Position numbers and translations under genes: made by a program. A stretch of DNA of 64,000 bases from Nevskia sp. (GTDB taxonomy: Bacteria; Pseudomonadota; Gammaproteobacteria; Nevskiales; Nevskiaceae): contig JADGHB010000009.1 in assembly GCA_019689635.1 (NCBI GenBank), forward strand, positions 2,053 to 66,052, read 5' to 3'. The first letter of the stretch is position 1; every line of letters begins with the position of its first letter. Below, in pieces: positions 21,050 through 30,186 of this stretch. Below the pieces are notes generated by a model, which saw only the letters and a list, made by a program, of their open reading frames with translations, had not been told where the DNA came from and did no database searches.

Positions 21050-22272
21050 GGATCGCCCACGGGGGCCCCGGCGGGCGACGGACGGCCCAGGTTGGCGGCA
21101 AGGATCTCGCGGATCGCCGCCTCCACGCCCTCGTCCTGCGCGGAGTACACCTCGGTGTCCAGATTCGTCGGCCAGGCCGGCTGCTGGGACAACACCAGGC
21201 CGCTGCGATCGTGGACGTCGACATCCACTCGCGTGGACAAACCCAGGAACAACGGGTGCTGTCGCAGCTCCGCGGGATCCAGACCGATGCGCACCGGCAG
21301 GCGCTGCACGATCTTGATCCAGTTGCCCGCGGCGTTCTGCGCCGGCAACACCGCCAGCGCGCTGCCGGTGCCGGCGGTCAGGCCCAGCACCTTGCCATGA
21401 AACTCCACGCGCGAGCCGTACATGTCCGCAGTCACGCGGACCGGCTGGCCGATGCGCAGGTCGGCGAGCTGCGTTTCCTTGAAGTTGGCGTCGATCCACA
21501 CCGAGTCCACCGGTACCAGCGCCAGCATTTCGGTGGCTGGCGTGACCTGCTGGCCCAGCTGCACCGCGCGTCGCACCACGAATCCCGACGCCGGCGCCAG
21601 CACCCGCGTGCGGGCCGCGGCCAGCCAGGCGGTGCGCAGCCGGGCCTCGGCCTGCTGCACGCGCGGATGGGTTTCGGGCGTGGTGCCACCGATCAGGGCG
21701 CGCGTGGCGTCCAGTGCCGCCGTGGCTTGATCCAGCGCCGCGCGGGCGCTGCGCACCGCGTCCTGATCGTGCTGCAGGGTTTCCTCAGATACGCCGTGCA
21801 CCGCGATCAGGCTGCGGTCACGGGCGTAGTCCTGCAGGGCCTGGTCGAGCCTTGCCTGTTGCGCGCGCACGCTGGCGGCGTCGCGCCGTTCCTCGGCGAA
21901 CAGCTGCGCCACGTCGCGCACGGTCTCGGCCAGGCTGGCCTTGGCTTGCGCCAGCGCCACCTCGGCATCGGCGGGATCGAGCTGCACCAGCAACTGGCCT
22001 TTGCGCACGTACTGCGTCTCGTCGGCCTTGATGGCAACCACGGTGCCGCTGATCTGCGGCGTCACCCGCATCAGGTTGCCGTCGACGTAGGCGTCGTCGG
22101 TTTCCACGTGGTAACGGCCGACCAGCACATGCCACGCCGCCACGCCGAGTCCAATCACGGCCAGGGTCGCGAACAGGATCGGCGGCAGCCGGCGTGAATA
22201 GCCATTTCCGCCGGTGCCGTCGGCAGTGGCCGCGACGGCGGATGCCTGATCGTGTGGTGAGTGTTCAGTCAT
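21046..22272 (-). CDS. HlyD-family membrane fusion protein (EmrA-like)
   Basis: ETDDAYV, PQISGTV, WIDANFKETQL and GNWIKIVQRLPVRI motifs. Confidence 0.95.
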   Translation of the reverse strand: MTEHSPHDQASAVAATADGTGGNGYSRRLPPILFATLAVIGLGVAAWHVLVGRYHVETDDAYVDGNLMRVTPQISGTVVAIKADETQYVRKGQLLVQLDPADAEVALAQAKASLAETVRDVAQLFAEERRDAASVRAQQARLDQALQDYARDRSLIAVHGVSEETLQHDQDAVRSARAALDQATAALDATRALIGGTTPETHPRVQQAEARLRTAWLAAARTRVLAPASGFVVRRAVQLGQQVTPATEMLALVPVDSVWIDANFKETQLADLRIGQPVRVTADMYGSRVEFHGKVLGLTAGTGSALAVLPAQNAAGNWIKIVQRLPVRIGLDPAELRQHPLFLGLSTRVDVDVHDRSGLVLSQQPAWPTNLDTEVYSAQDEGVEAAIREILAANLGRPSPAGAPVGDP

Positions 22273-23746
22273 GGACCTGCTCCTGCGTGGCGCTGGCGAG
22301 CGCGGCGGGGTCCTGCGGCGCGTTCCACCAGCCGCCGCCGAGCGCGCGGAACAGCGCGGCGGTGTCAGCGAAGCGCTGCGCGTCGGCCTGCACCTGGCTC
22401 AAGGCGGCGTTCTGATACTGCTGCTGCGCGGCGAGCACCTGCAGCTCGTTGTACTTGCCGGCCCGGTACTGCGCGACCGCCAGGTCGCGGTTGGCGGCGG
22501 CGGATTCCAGCGCGCGGCGGTGCGCGGCCTCGCTGTCGGCGTCGTGCTGCAGCGCCTGCAAGGCATCGGCCACTTCGACGAAGGCGGCGATCACGGTGCT
22601 GCGGTAGCGGGCTTGGGCCTGGCGATAGCGTTCCTTGGCTTCGTCGGCGCGGGCGGCCAGCGTTCCGCCGTCGAAGATCGGCGCGGACCAGTCGGCGCCG
22701 ATCGACCAGATGCCGCCGGGCCGAGTGAACATCTCGTTGAGCCGGCTGCCCTGCTGCGCGTACTGGCCGGAGAGGGACAGCGACGGCAAGCGCGCCGCCT
22801 CGGCCACGCCGATCGCGGCACTGGCCTGGTGCAGCTCGTCTTCTGCCGCCAGGATGTCGGGACGCTGGCGGACGAGCTGCGAAGGCAGCGACAGGGGCAG
22901 TTGGCGCGGCAGCTCGAAATCCTTGAGGCTCGGCAACGGCATGCGGAATTCGTCCGGCGTGCGGCCGGTCAGTTGCGCGAGCGCATTGCGATAAACGTCG
23001 CGCTGGCGCTCCAGCTCGGGCAGCGTCGCGGCCGTGTTCTCCAGCTGGGTCTGCGCTTGCAGGGTGTCGGCGCGCGTGATCTTGCCGGCGGCTTCCAATG
23101 CGCGCGTCAGCTCCAGTTGCCGCTGCAGATCCTTCACCAGCGATCGCGTCACCTCGACCTGCGCCGCAGCGGCGGCATAGTCGAACGCGGTGACGACCAC
23201 CTGATCGACCAGGGTCACATAAGTGTCGAGCGCTTGCGCCCGGGCCCGTTCGGTCGCCGCCGTCTGCGCCTCGATCGTGCGGCGGACGCCACCGAACACG
23301 TCGAGCCGGTAGGCCAGGGTGGGGCCGATGGAAAACTGGTTGCCGGTGACGGACAGCGCGCCGGCCGGTTCGTACAGGAAGCTGCCGTTGATGTGCGCGC
23401 GGCTGATGCCGCCGCGGGCGTCGATCTGAGGGAGAGTGCCACCAGATACCGCCTGGAGTTCGTACTGCGCCGCGCGCAGACCGTGACGCGCCGCTTCCAG
23501 GTCTGGGTTGCGGGCGAGCGCTTCTTGCACCAGGCGGTTCAGCGCATCCGAGTGGAACAGCGCATACCAGTCCGCCGCTACCTTGCCGCCGTAGACGACG
23601 CTCTGTGGCGCCCCCGGCGTCGGCACCGCCTGCGTGTAACCCATCGTGACGGAGGGTGCCGGGCGGGTGAAGTCGGGGCCCAGGGTACAGGCCGCGAGCG
23701 CGACGACGATCAACGCGAGCGCCCCGGATTTGAGCGCAGGCTTCAT
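22265..23746 (-). CDS. Efflux outer-membrane factor lipoprotein (NodT/TolC family)
   Basis: Lipobox ALAAC, NPDLEAA, LPSQLVRQRPDI and LFRALGGGW motifs. Confidence 0.95.
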   Translation of the reverse strand: MKPALKSGALALIVVALAACTLGPDFTRPAPSVTMGYTQAVPTPGAPQSVVYGGKVAADWYALFHSDALNRLVQEALARNPDLEAARHGLRAAQYELQAVSGGTLPQIDARGGISRAHINGSFLYEPAGALSVTGNQFSIGPTLAYRLDVFGGVRRTIEAQTAATERARAQALDTYVTLVDQVVVTAFDYAAAAAQVEVTRSLVKDLQRQLELTRALEAAGKITRADTLQAQTQLENTAATLPELERQRDVYRNALAQLTGRTPDEFRMPLPSLKDFELPRQLPLSLPSQLVRQRPDILAAEDELHQASAAIGVAEAARLPSLSLSGQYAQQGSRLNEMFTRPGGIWSIGADWSAPIFDGGTLAARADEAKERYRQAQARYRSTVIAAFVEVADALQALQHDADSEAAHRRALESAAANRDLAVAQYRAGKYNELQVLAAQQQYQNAALSQVQADAQRFADTAALFRALGGGWWNAPQDPAALASATQEQVHD

Positions 23747-24321
23747 GACGTGCCGCCTCGGATCTTGCCACGAATCCGGCGTTGCACCGCGGGCTTCACT
23801 CGAATGGCTGGATGCAGCCGCGCCGGCGAGGCGGTCGCGCGCGCGGGGCGCCGTGCACCCTCGGTCAGGAAGAATTCGAGCCGCGCGAGCAGCCGCTGCA
23901 GTAGCGCGATCAGGGCCTCGATCTCCTGCCTTGCGAAAGGCTCGACCAGCCGGTTGAGCAGATTCGCGATGAAGGGCAGGGTGCGCCCCGCCACGCGCCG
24001 GCCCCGCGGCGTGATGGCGATCTCCACGGCCCGGCGGTCGCGCCGGCTGCGCTGGCGCCGTACTAGGCCGGCGCGCTCCAGAGAGTCCACCACCCGGGTG
24101 AGCGCGCCCAGGTCGTGCCCCATGTCTTCGCTCAGTTGCGTCGCCGTCAGGGATTCACACCAGCGCAGTCGGATCAGCACCAGCCACTGCGTGAAAGACA
24201 TGCCGTGCGCCTCGAACTCGCGCTCGGCGAGTTGCGACATCAACACGCCGCAGCGCTTGATCAAAAAGCCGATGCTTTTGCTCGGCTCCAGAGTCCTGGT
24301 GTCGTAGTAGGCCGGCCCCAC
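23743..24321 (-). CDS. MarR-family transcriptional regulator
   Basis: TQWLVL..L, ALTRVVDSLERAGLVRR..DRR.V.IAITPRG winged helix; heads the efflux operon. Confidence 0.93.
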   Translation of the reverse strand: MGPAYYDTRTLEPSKSIGFLIKRCGVLMSQLAEREFEAHGMSFTQWLVLIRLRWCESLTATQLSEDMGHDLGALTRVVDSLERAGLVRRQRSRRDRRAVEIAITPRGRRVAGRTLPFIANLLNRLVEPFARQEIEALIALLQRLLARLEFFLTEGARRPARATASPARLHPAIRVKPAVQRRIRGKIRGGTS

Positions 24322-24334
24322 GCTTGCTCCAGCA

Positions 24335-24369
24335 ATATCTGTTTGAGCACTTTTTGCTCAGGCAAATAT
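24335..24369. promoter_or_regulatory. Putative MarR operator (imperfect inverted repeat)
   Basis: ATATCTGTTTGAGCA-N5-TGCTCAGGCAAATAT (12/15 symmetric) directly upstream of marR. The minus strand contains TTGCCTGAGCAA. Confidence 0.65.
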
Positions 24370-24458
24370 AGTCGCGCAGAATCATCCTGGCAACCGCGCA
24401 AACCGATCGTCGGGAAAACAGATGATGGACGGTACTGGGATCGAATTGATGGCCCGGG

Positions 24459-24641
24459 GTGGCGCCTGCCACGGGCATCTCGCGACCCACGCTGACGCGC
24501 ATAGCCAACGTTCCCGGTTACAACACCAACACGGACACGCTCGCAGCGCTGTGCGAGTATCTCGATTGCACTCCCGGCGAGCTATTGGAGCTGGTCGAGG
24601 AGTCCCCGCGTGGTCGCAAGGGCAGGGGTCGAAAAAGCTGA
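24459..24641 (+). pseudogene. Truncated XRE/Cro-type HTH regulator remnant
   Basis: ATGISRPTLTRIAN..GYNTNTDTLAALCEYLDCTPGELL is a typical small XRE HTH. The upstream part of the frame contains TGA stops. Confidence 0.65.
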
Positions 24642-24657
24642 AACGGGTGACAGGCGT

Positions 24658-24706
24658 GGTCCCGGATGGTCCCCAGATGGTCTCAAATTGGTCTCAGCAC
24701 GGTCTG
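24658..24706 (+). repeat. Five phased GGTCYS repeats at 10-11 bp spacing
   Basis: GGTC starts at 24658, 24668, 24679, 24690 and 24701 (GGTCCC, GGTCCC, GGTCTC, GGTCTC, GGTCTG). Confidence 0.75.
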
Positions 24707-24834
24707 AGACGACGTGGCTTGGAGTGTCAATCAGTCTTTCGCGGCGTGCGATGAGCCTGCCACGACCCGCTCAACCGGCCGAAAACAAAAGAATATCCGC
24801 CCGCTTGCTGCGGGGGCGTCGTTGGGGTAAAGGG

Positions 24835-24909
24835 TGGTGGACGGTGCAGGGATTGAACCTGCGACCCCCGCCGTGTGAAAGCGGTGCTCTACCGCTGAGC
24901 TAACCGTCC
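24835..24909 (-). tRNA. tRNA-Val(CAC)
   Basis: GGACGGT acceptor stem, loop TTCACAC, T-arm GCAGG-TTCAATC-CCTGC, encoded CCA end. Confidence 0.97.
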
Positions 24910-24953
24910 GTGGGCGCGAATTTTACGTCGCGTCGAACGTCCTGCGCAATGCG

Positions 24954-26288
24954 TCAGACGTTTTCGGTTTCGGGTTCCACCAGGCTGAAGGACTCGGTGG
25001 CGTCGTCGTAGGTGAAGATCTCGGCGTAGCGGCCCCAGTTGGTGACCGCGCGCAGGGTCTGCTCGGCGGCATTGTCGGTGAGGTAGTCCTCCAGTTCCGA
25101 CAGGAAGCGCACCGCCGGGGCGCGGTGGCCGGGACGCTCGTCGAGCACGCTCTTGATGTGGGCCGCAAGTGGAATGCGGGTGACGAGCTGGCGCGCGAAG
25201 ATCTTTTTGCGCGCCTGGGTATCGGCTTCGGCGAACTCGCGGCCCAGCGGCGTCAGGTGCACGTCGCCGGCGGCGACTTCGGCGAAGCCCAGCATTTGCA
25301 GCGATTCCGCGATTGGGAACAGCTCGTCCACCTCCAGCGCCAGGGACTGTGCGAGGGCCGGCATGTCGGCATGGCCTTTGTAGGGCTCGGAGGCGAGCGC
25401 CTCGATCAGGCCGGCCAGCAGGTTGGTGGAGATTTCCGGCAGGCGCTCGCCGATGGACAGCACCTGCGCCTTGCCCGCTTCGCGGCGTACCGTCATGCGC
25501 GCGTAGATATCGTCCACCAGCTGGCGGAAGCGCGGGTCCAGACGGTTGCGCGGATGTTTGAACGGCACGCGGATCTCGGCGACCACGCGGCCGGGATTGG
25601 AGGAGAACAACAGCACGCGGTCGCACATCAGGACCGCCTCCTCGATGTTGTGAGTGACCAGCAGCACCGACTGGATCGGCAGCTTGTTTTCCATCCACAG
25701 GTCGAGGAAGTCGGTACGCAGGGTTTCGGCGGTGAGCACGTCGAGTGCCGAGAACGGTTCGTCCATCAGCAGCAGGGTGGGATTGAGCACCAGCGCGCGG
25801 GCGAAGCCGACCCGCTGGCGCATGCCGCCGGAGAGCTCGCGCGGGTAAGCGTTCTGGAAGCCGTCCAGGCCGATGATGTCGATGGCGCGCAGCGCGCGTG
25901 CGCGGCGTTCCTCGGGATCGAGGTCCTGCGCTTCCAGTCCCACCTCGACGTTCTGCAACACGGTGAGCCAGGGAAACAGCGCGAAGGACTGGAACACCAT
26001 GGCCACGCCGGGGGGCGGTCCCTCGATCGGTCGGCCGAGATATTTGACGCTGCCAGCGGAGGGCCGAATCAAGCCAGCGACGATGCGCAGCAAGGTGGAC
26101 TTGCCGGACCCGGAACGGCCCAGCAGGCCGACGATCTCGCCGCGGTACAGGGTCAGGTCCACCGCCTCGAGGACTTTCAGCGGTTCGCCGTGCGGCCGCG
26201 CGAAGGCGCGCGACACCCCGCGCGCCTCCAGCACTGGCGTCGCGTTCTGGACCGGGGCCTGCGCGAGCGCGCTCTCCGTTTCGCCCAT
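24954..26288 (-). CDS. NitT/TauT-family ABC transporter ATP-binding protein with C-terminal AAA-associated domain
   Basis: Walker A GRSGSGKST, signature LSGGMRQR, DEPF, and an approximately 170-aa C-terminal extension. Confidence 0.93.
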   Translation of the reverse strand: MGETESALAQAPVQNATPVLEARGVSRAFARPHGEPLKVLEAVDLTLYRGEIVGLLGRSGSGKSTLLRIVAGLIRPSAGSVKYLGRPIEGPPPGVAMVFQSFALFPWLTVLQNVEVGLEAQDLDPEERRARALRAIDIIGLDGFQNAYPRELSGGMRQRVGFARALVLNPTLLLMDEPFSALDVLTAETLRTDFLDLWMENKLPIQSVLLVTHNIEEAVLMCDRVLLFSSNPGRVVAEIRVPFKHPRNRLDPRFRQLVDDIYARMTVRREAGKAQVLSIGERLPEISTNLLAGLIEALASEPYKGHADMPALAQSLALEVDELFPIAESLQMLGFAEVAAGDVHLTPLGREFAEADTQARKKIFARQLVTRIPLAAHIKSVLDERPGHRAPAVRFLSELEDYLTDNAAEQTLRAVTNWGRYAEIFTYDDATESFSLVEPETENV

Positions 26289-26297
26289 GTCGATTCC

Positions 26298-28118
26298 TCA
26301 ATCCTCCAGGCCGACCAGCCGCTCGGCGCGCCGGTACAGCGGTCGCCACAGCAAGCGGTTGAACGCCACCACGAACAAAGACATCACCGCCACGCCCAGC
26401 ACGATGCGCGGGTAGTCGCCGTCGGCCGTGGCCTGCGCGATGTAACTGCCCAGCCCGTGCGCCTGCAGGTGGGTATGGCCCCAGTCCACGAACTCGGCGA
26501 CGATGCTGGCGTTCCAGGATCCACCCGCCGCGGTCATCGCGCCAGTGACGTAGTACGGCAGGATGCCGGGCAGCAGCACGCGCTTCCACCACAGTCTGCC
26601 GCCGATGCGCAAGTGCCTGGCCGCGTCGAGCAAGTCGCGCGGGTACACGCTGGCGCCGGCGATGACGTTGAACAGAATGTACCATTGCGTGCCCAGGATC
26701 ATCAGCGGACTGAGGAATACGTCCTCGTTGAGACCGAAGCGCACGATGAGGAACACCGCCACCGGGAAGAGCAGGTTGGCGGGGAAGGCGGCCAGGAACT
26801 GCGCCAGCGGCTGCGCCACGGCGGCCAGCCGCGGGCGCAAGCCGATCTGCACGCCGATCGGGACCCAGATCAGGCTGGCTAAGCCGACCAGCACGACCAC
26901 GCGCAGCATGGTGATGCAGGCCAGTTCCACCGCCCGCAGCACTTCGCTCCAGTCCAGGGTGCTGGAAATGTAATGCACCGTGAGCCAGCTGCCATAGGTT
27001 GCGCAGGCGATCACCGCGCTGTACCAAACCAGGTCCAGCGCCGGCGCGGTCCAGGCGGGTAGTTCGCGCGGCGGCTTTTTCTCCCGAACTGGCTTCGCGG
27101 TGCGACGCAGGCGGGAAAAACCGCCGAGCCACAACGTCTGCAGCCACTGGATCAGCCGCGAGCGTTCGAGCATGCGCAGCACCCAGGATTCCGGTTCGAC
27201 GGCGGGGGGCAGCTCATCCATGCGGAAGCGCTCGCCGTAGGCGATCAGCGGGCGGAACAGGAGTTGGTCGTAGAGCAGGATCACCACCAGCATCGCCAGG
27301 ATCGCCCAGCCGATGGCGCCCAGATCGCGGTGCTCGATCGCTGTTGCCACATAGGAGCCGATCCCCGGCAGGGTGATGGTCTGATTGCCGACGGTGATCG
27401 CCTCCGAGGCGACCACGAAGAACCAGCCCCCGGACATCGACATCATCATGTTCCAGATCAGGCCCGGCATGGCGTAGGGCAGTTCCAACGTGCGGAAGCG
27501 CTGCCACGCGGTGAAGCGCAGGCTGCGGCTGACTTCCGTCAGATCCTCGGGCACCGTGCGCAGAGACTGGTACACGGAAAACGTCATGTTCCAGGCCTGG
27601 CTGGTGAAGATGGCGAAGATCGAGGCCAGCTCCGCGCCCAGGACCTTGCCTGGAAACAGGCCCAGGAAGAAGGTCACGGTGAACGAGAGGAAGCCGAGGA
27701 TGGGCACCGACTGCAAGATGTCCAGCACCGGGATCAGCACGCGTTCGGCGCGGCGGCTGTAGGCGCACACGTAGGCGTAGCCCAGGCTGAAGACCAGCGA
27801 GAGGGCCATCGCCGCCATCATGCGCAGGGTGGTGCGCAGCGCGTACCAAGGCAGGATCGAAGGATGCAGGTCGATGCCCGCCCGCTCGATGGTGGCCAGT
27901 GGCGCGTTGAACTGACCAAAGGCCAGCGCGATCAGGGTGAAGGCCCCGAACAGCAGGACGAAGGCGGCGAGATCCCAGTGGCTGGGCAGCGCGCTGCGCG
28001 CCAGTCCGCGCACCGCCAGATAAGGATGTGCGACCAGCGTCCGCGCGATCTCGGTGGGCTGCTGGGCCAGTTCGCGCAAGGTGAACTGCGTTGGATCTCG
28101 GCCGCCGGACTCTGCCAT
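26298..28118 (-). CDS. ABC transporter permease (NitT/TauT family, duplicated TM module)
   Basis: LDILQSVPILGFL, WNMTFSVYQS, MMSMSGGWFF and GGSWNASIVAE motifs. ATG 28118 chosen. Confidence 0.92.
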   Translation of the reverse strand: MAESGGRDPTQFTLRELAQQPTEIARTLVAHPYLAVRGLARSALPSHWDLAAFVLLFGAFTLIALAFGQFNAPLATIERAGIDLHPSILPWYALRTTLRMMAAMALSLVFSLGYAYVCAYSRRAERVLIPVLDILQSVPILGFLSFTVTFFLGLFPGKVLGAELASIFAIFTSQAWNMTFSVYQSLRTVPEDLTEVSRSLRFTAWQRFRTLELPYAMPGLIWNMMMSMSGGWFFVVASEAITVGNQTITLPGIGSYVATAIEHRDLGAIGWAILAMLVVILLYDQLLFRPLIAYGERFRMDELPPAVEPESWVLRMLERSRLIQWLQTLWLGGFSRLRRTAKPVREKKPPRELPAWTAPALDLVWYSAVIACATYGSWLTVHYISSTLDWSEVLRAVELACITMLRVVVLVGLASLIWVPIGVQIGLRPRLAAVAQPLAQFLAAFPANLLFPVAVFLIVRFGLNEDVFLSPLMILGTQWYILFNVIAGASVYPRDLLDAARHLRIGGRLWWKRVLLPGILPYYVTGAMTAAGGSWNASIVAEFVDWGHTHLQAHGLGSYIAQATADGDYPRIVLGVAVMSLFVVAFNRLLWRPLYRRAERLVGLED

Positions 28119-28299
28119 GCTCGCACGTGAGGGTCGTGGATGCGCGCACCGGCGCGCCGGCGCGCGCGTAGTGTAGCGATGCGCGCCTGCGGCGTCACCG
28201 CTGCGGGCGTGAATTTTCAGTGACGCAAGGACCGTCGTCTTGTGCCCCTGTTCCGCGCGCGCCGCGGCGGGATAATGACGAGACGGGTCGGGAGCAACG

Positions 28300-28719
28300 A
28301 TGTCCTTGAGGGTTCCCAAAAACGTGCTGGAAGCCGCTCTCGGCGGTGCGCCGGTCAAGCGCTACCGCGAGTTCGCCCTGGTGGTCTTCGAAGGCGAGGG
28401 CGCGATCTGCGTGCCCAACGACGTCTGGCTACCCGCCGCCTCGTGGGCGGCTTCGCGCACCCCCTCCGGCAACCGGCTGCGCGACCGCGGTTTGTTGCTG
28501 CAGCGCCTGGACGTGCTGGTCACGCGCCGCGGCACCGCCATCGTTACCACCACCGGCGCCCACCGCCGCCTGGCGCGCCTGCGCGAGGCCATGAAGGCCG
28601 AGGGCCTGGACCTCAAGGAATGGAACTTCCCGCCGCAGGAGGTGCTCGACCAGGCGCTGAATCCCGAAGCGGCGCGCCCGGAACGGGAGTCCAAGCCCGA
28701 CGAGCCGGAAGACGGCTGA
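28300..28719 (+). CDS. Hypothetical protein (139 aa)
   Basis: GGGAG RBS, coding-like GC3 bias, fills the gap between divergent and convergent genes. Confidence 0.75.
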   Translation: MSLRVPKNVLEAALGGAPVKRYREFALVVFEGEGAICVPNDVWLPAASWAASRTPSGNRLRDRGLLLQRLDVLVTRRGTAIVTTTGAHRRLARLREAMKAEGLDLKEWNFPPQEVLDQALNPEAARPERESKPDEPEDG

Positions 28720-28758
28720 AGGCGCCGGACGTCCGGCGCTCGTCGCCGGAGGCCGCTT

Positions 28759-30078
28759 TCACGGCCGGCCCACGCAGTCGTAAGTCCAGCCCTCGCCGCG
28801 CAGCCAGGCGGGATCGTAGAGATTGCGGCCGTCCACGATCAGCGGGCGTTTCAGCAGGCGCTTGAGCCGCGTGAAGTCCGGACTGTGGAACACTTTCCAC
28901 TCGGTCACCACGGCCAGCGCGTCGGCGTCTTCGGCCGCGGCCAGGGGCGAATCGACCAGCACGAAATCGGAGCGCTCGCCGTACAAGCGGCGCGCTTCGT
29001 TCATGGCGACGGGATCGTAGGCGCGCACGCATCCGCCGTCGGCCCACACCGCCTCGATCAACGCGCGGCTCGGCGCCTCGCGCATGTCGTCGGTGCGCGG
29101 TTTGAAGGCCAGGCCCCACACGGCGATGGTCTTGCCGTGGAGCGTACCGAGATGTTTTTTGAGCTTGCGGTACAGCACGGTCTTCTGGTGCGCGTTGACC
29201 GCCTCCACCGACTTGAGCACGCGGGCCTCGTAGCCCACTTCCTCGGCGCTGCGCACCAGCGCCTTGACGTCCTTGGGGAAACACGAGCCGCCGTAGCCGG
29301 CGCCGGGATAGATGAAGTGATAGCCGATGCGCGGGTCGGCGCCGATGCCGATGCGCACTTTCTCGATGTCCGCGCCGATGTGCTCGGCGAGGCCGGCCAG
29401 CTCGTTCATGAAACTGATCTTGGTCGCCAGCATGGCGTTGGCGGCGTACTTGGTCAGCTCGGCGGAGCGCACGTCCATCACGATCACGCGGTCGTGGTTG
29501 CGGTTGAACGGCGCGTAGAGCATCTGCATGCGCCGCGCCGCGCTCGGATGGTCGGCACCCACGATGATGCGGTCGGGCTTGTTGAAATCGTTGATCGCGT
29601 CGCCTTCCTTGAGGAACTCCGGATTGGAGACCACGTCGAAATCGACCTGCGCGCCGCGTTCGGCCAGCGCCGCGCGCAGGGTTTCGCGCACCCGGTCCGC
29701 GGTGCCGACCGGCACGGTGGACTTGGACACCACGACGCGGTATTCGGACAGATGCGCGCCGATGGTGCGGGCGACCGCCAGCACGTGGGAGAGATCGGCC
29801 GAGCCGTCCTCGTTGGGCGGCGTGCCCACCGCGATGAACAGGTACAGGCCGTGCGCCACGCCGGCGGCCGCGTCGGTGGTGAAGGCGAGCCGCCCCTCCG
29901 CGGCGTTCTTGCGCACCAGCTCGGTCAGACCCGGTTCGTAGATCGGTACTTCGCCGGCCTTGAGCCGTGCGACCTTGGCGGCGTCCACGTCCACGCACAG
30001 CACGTCGTTGCCGACGTCGGCGAAACAGGCGGCCGTGACCAGGCCCACGTAGCCGGAACCGAAGATGGTGATGTTCAT
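28759..30078 (-). CDS. ugd: UDP-glucose 6-dehydrogenase
   Basis: [30 protein letters not shown] and [10 protein letters not shown] motifs. Confidence 0.95.
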   Translation of the reverse strand: MNITIFGSGYVGLVTAACFADVGNDVLCVDVDAAKVARLKAGEVPIYEPGLTELVRKNAAEGRLAFTTDAAAGVAHGLYLFIAVGTPPNEDGSADLSHVLAVARTIGAHLSEYRVVVSKSTVPVGTADRVRETLRAALAERGAQVDFDVVSNPEFLKEGDAINDFNKPDRIIVGADHPSAARRMQMLYAPFNRNHDRVIVMDVRSAELTKYAANAMLATKISFMNELAGLAEHIGADIEKVRIGIGADPRIGYHFIYPGAGYGGSCFPKDVKALVRSAEEVGYEARVLKSVEAVNAHQKTVLYRKLKKHLGTLHGKTIAVWGLAFKPRTDDMREAPSRALIEAVWADGGCVRAYDPVAMNEARRLYGERSDFVLVDSPLAAAEDADALAVVTEWKVFHSPDFTRLKRLLKRPLIVDGRNLYDPAWLRGEGWTYDCVGRP

Positions 30079-30186
30079 GGATCGTCAGCGGGGCTGCGGC
30101 GCGAAATGGTAACACCGCGGCCTGCGCCCACGCTCGCGGTTGTCCTGCCGGAAACCTTACGCGACCATACGCGCTCCAAGGCGAGG

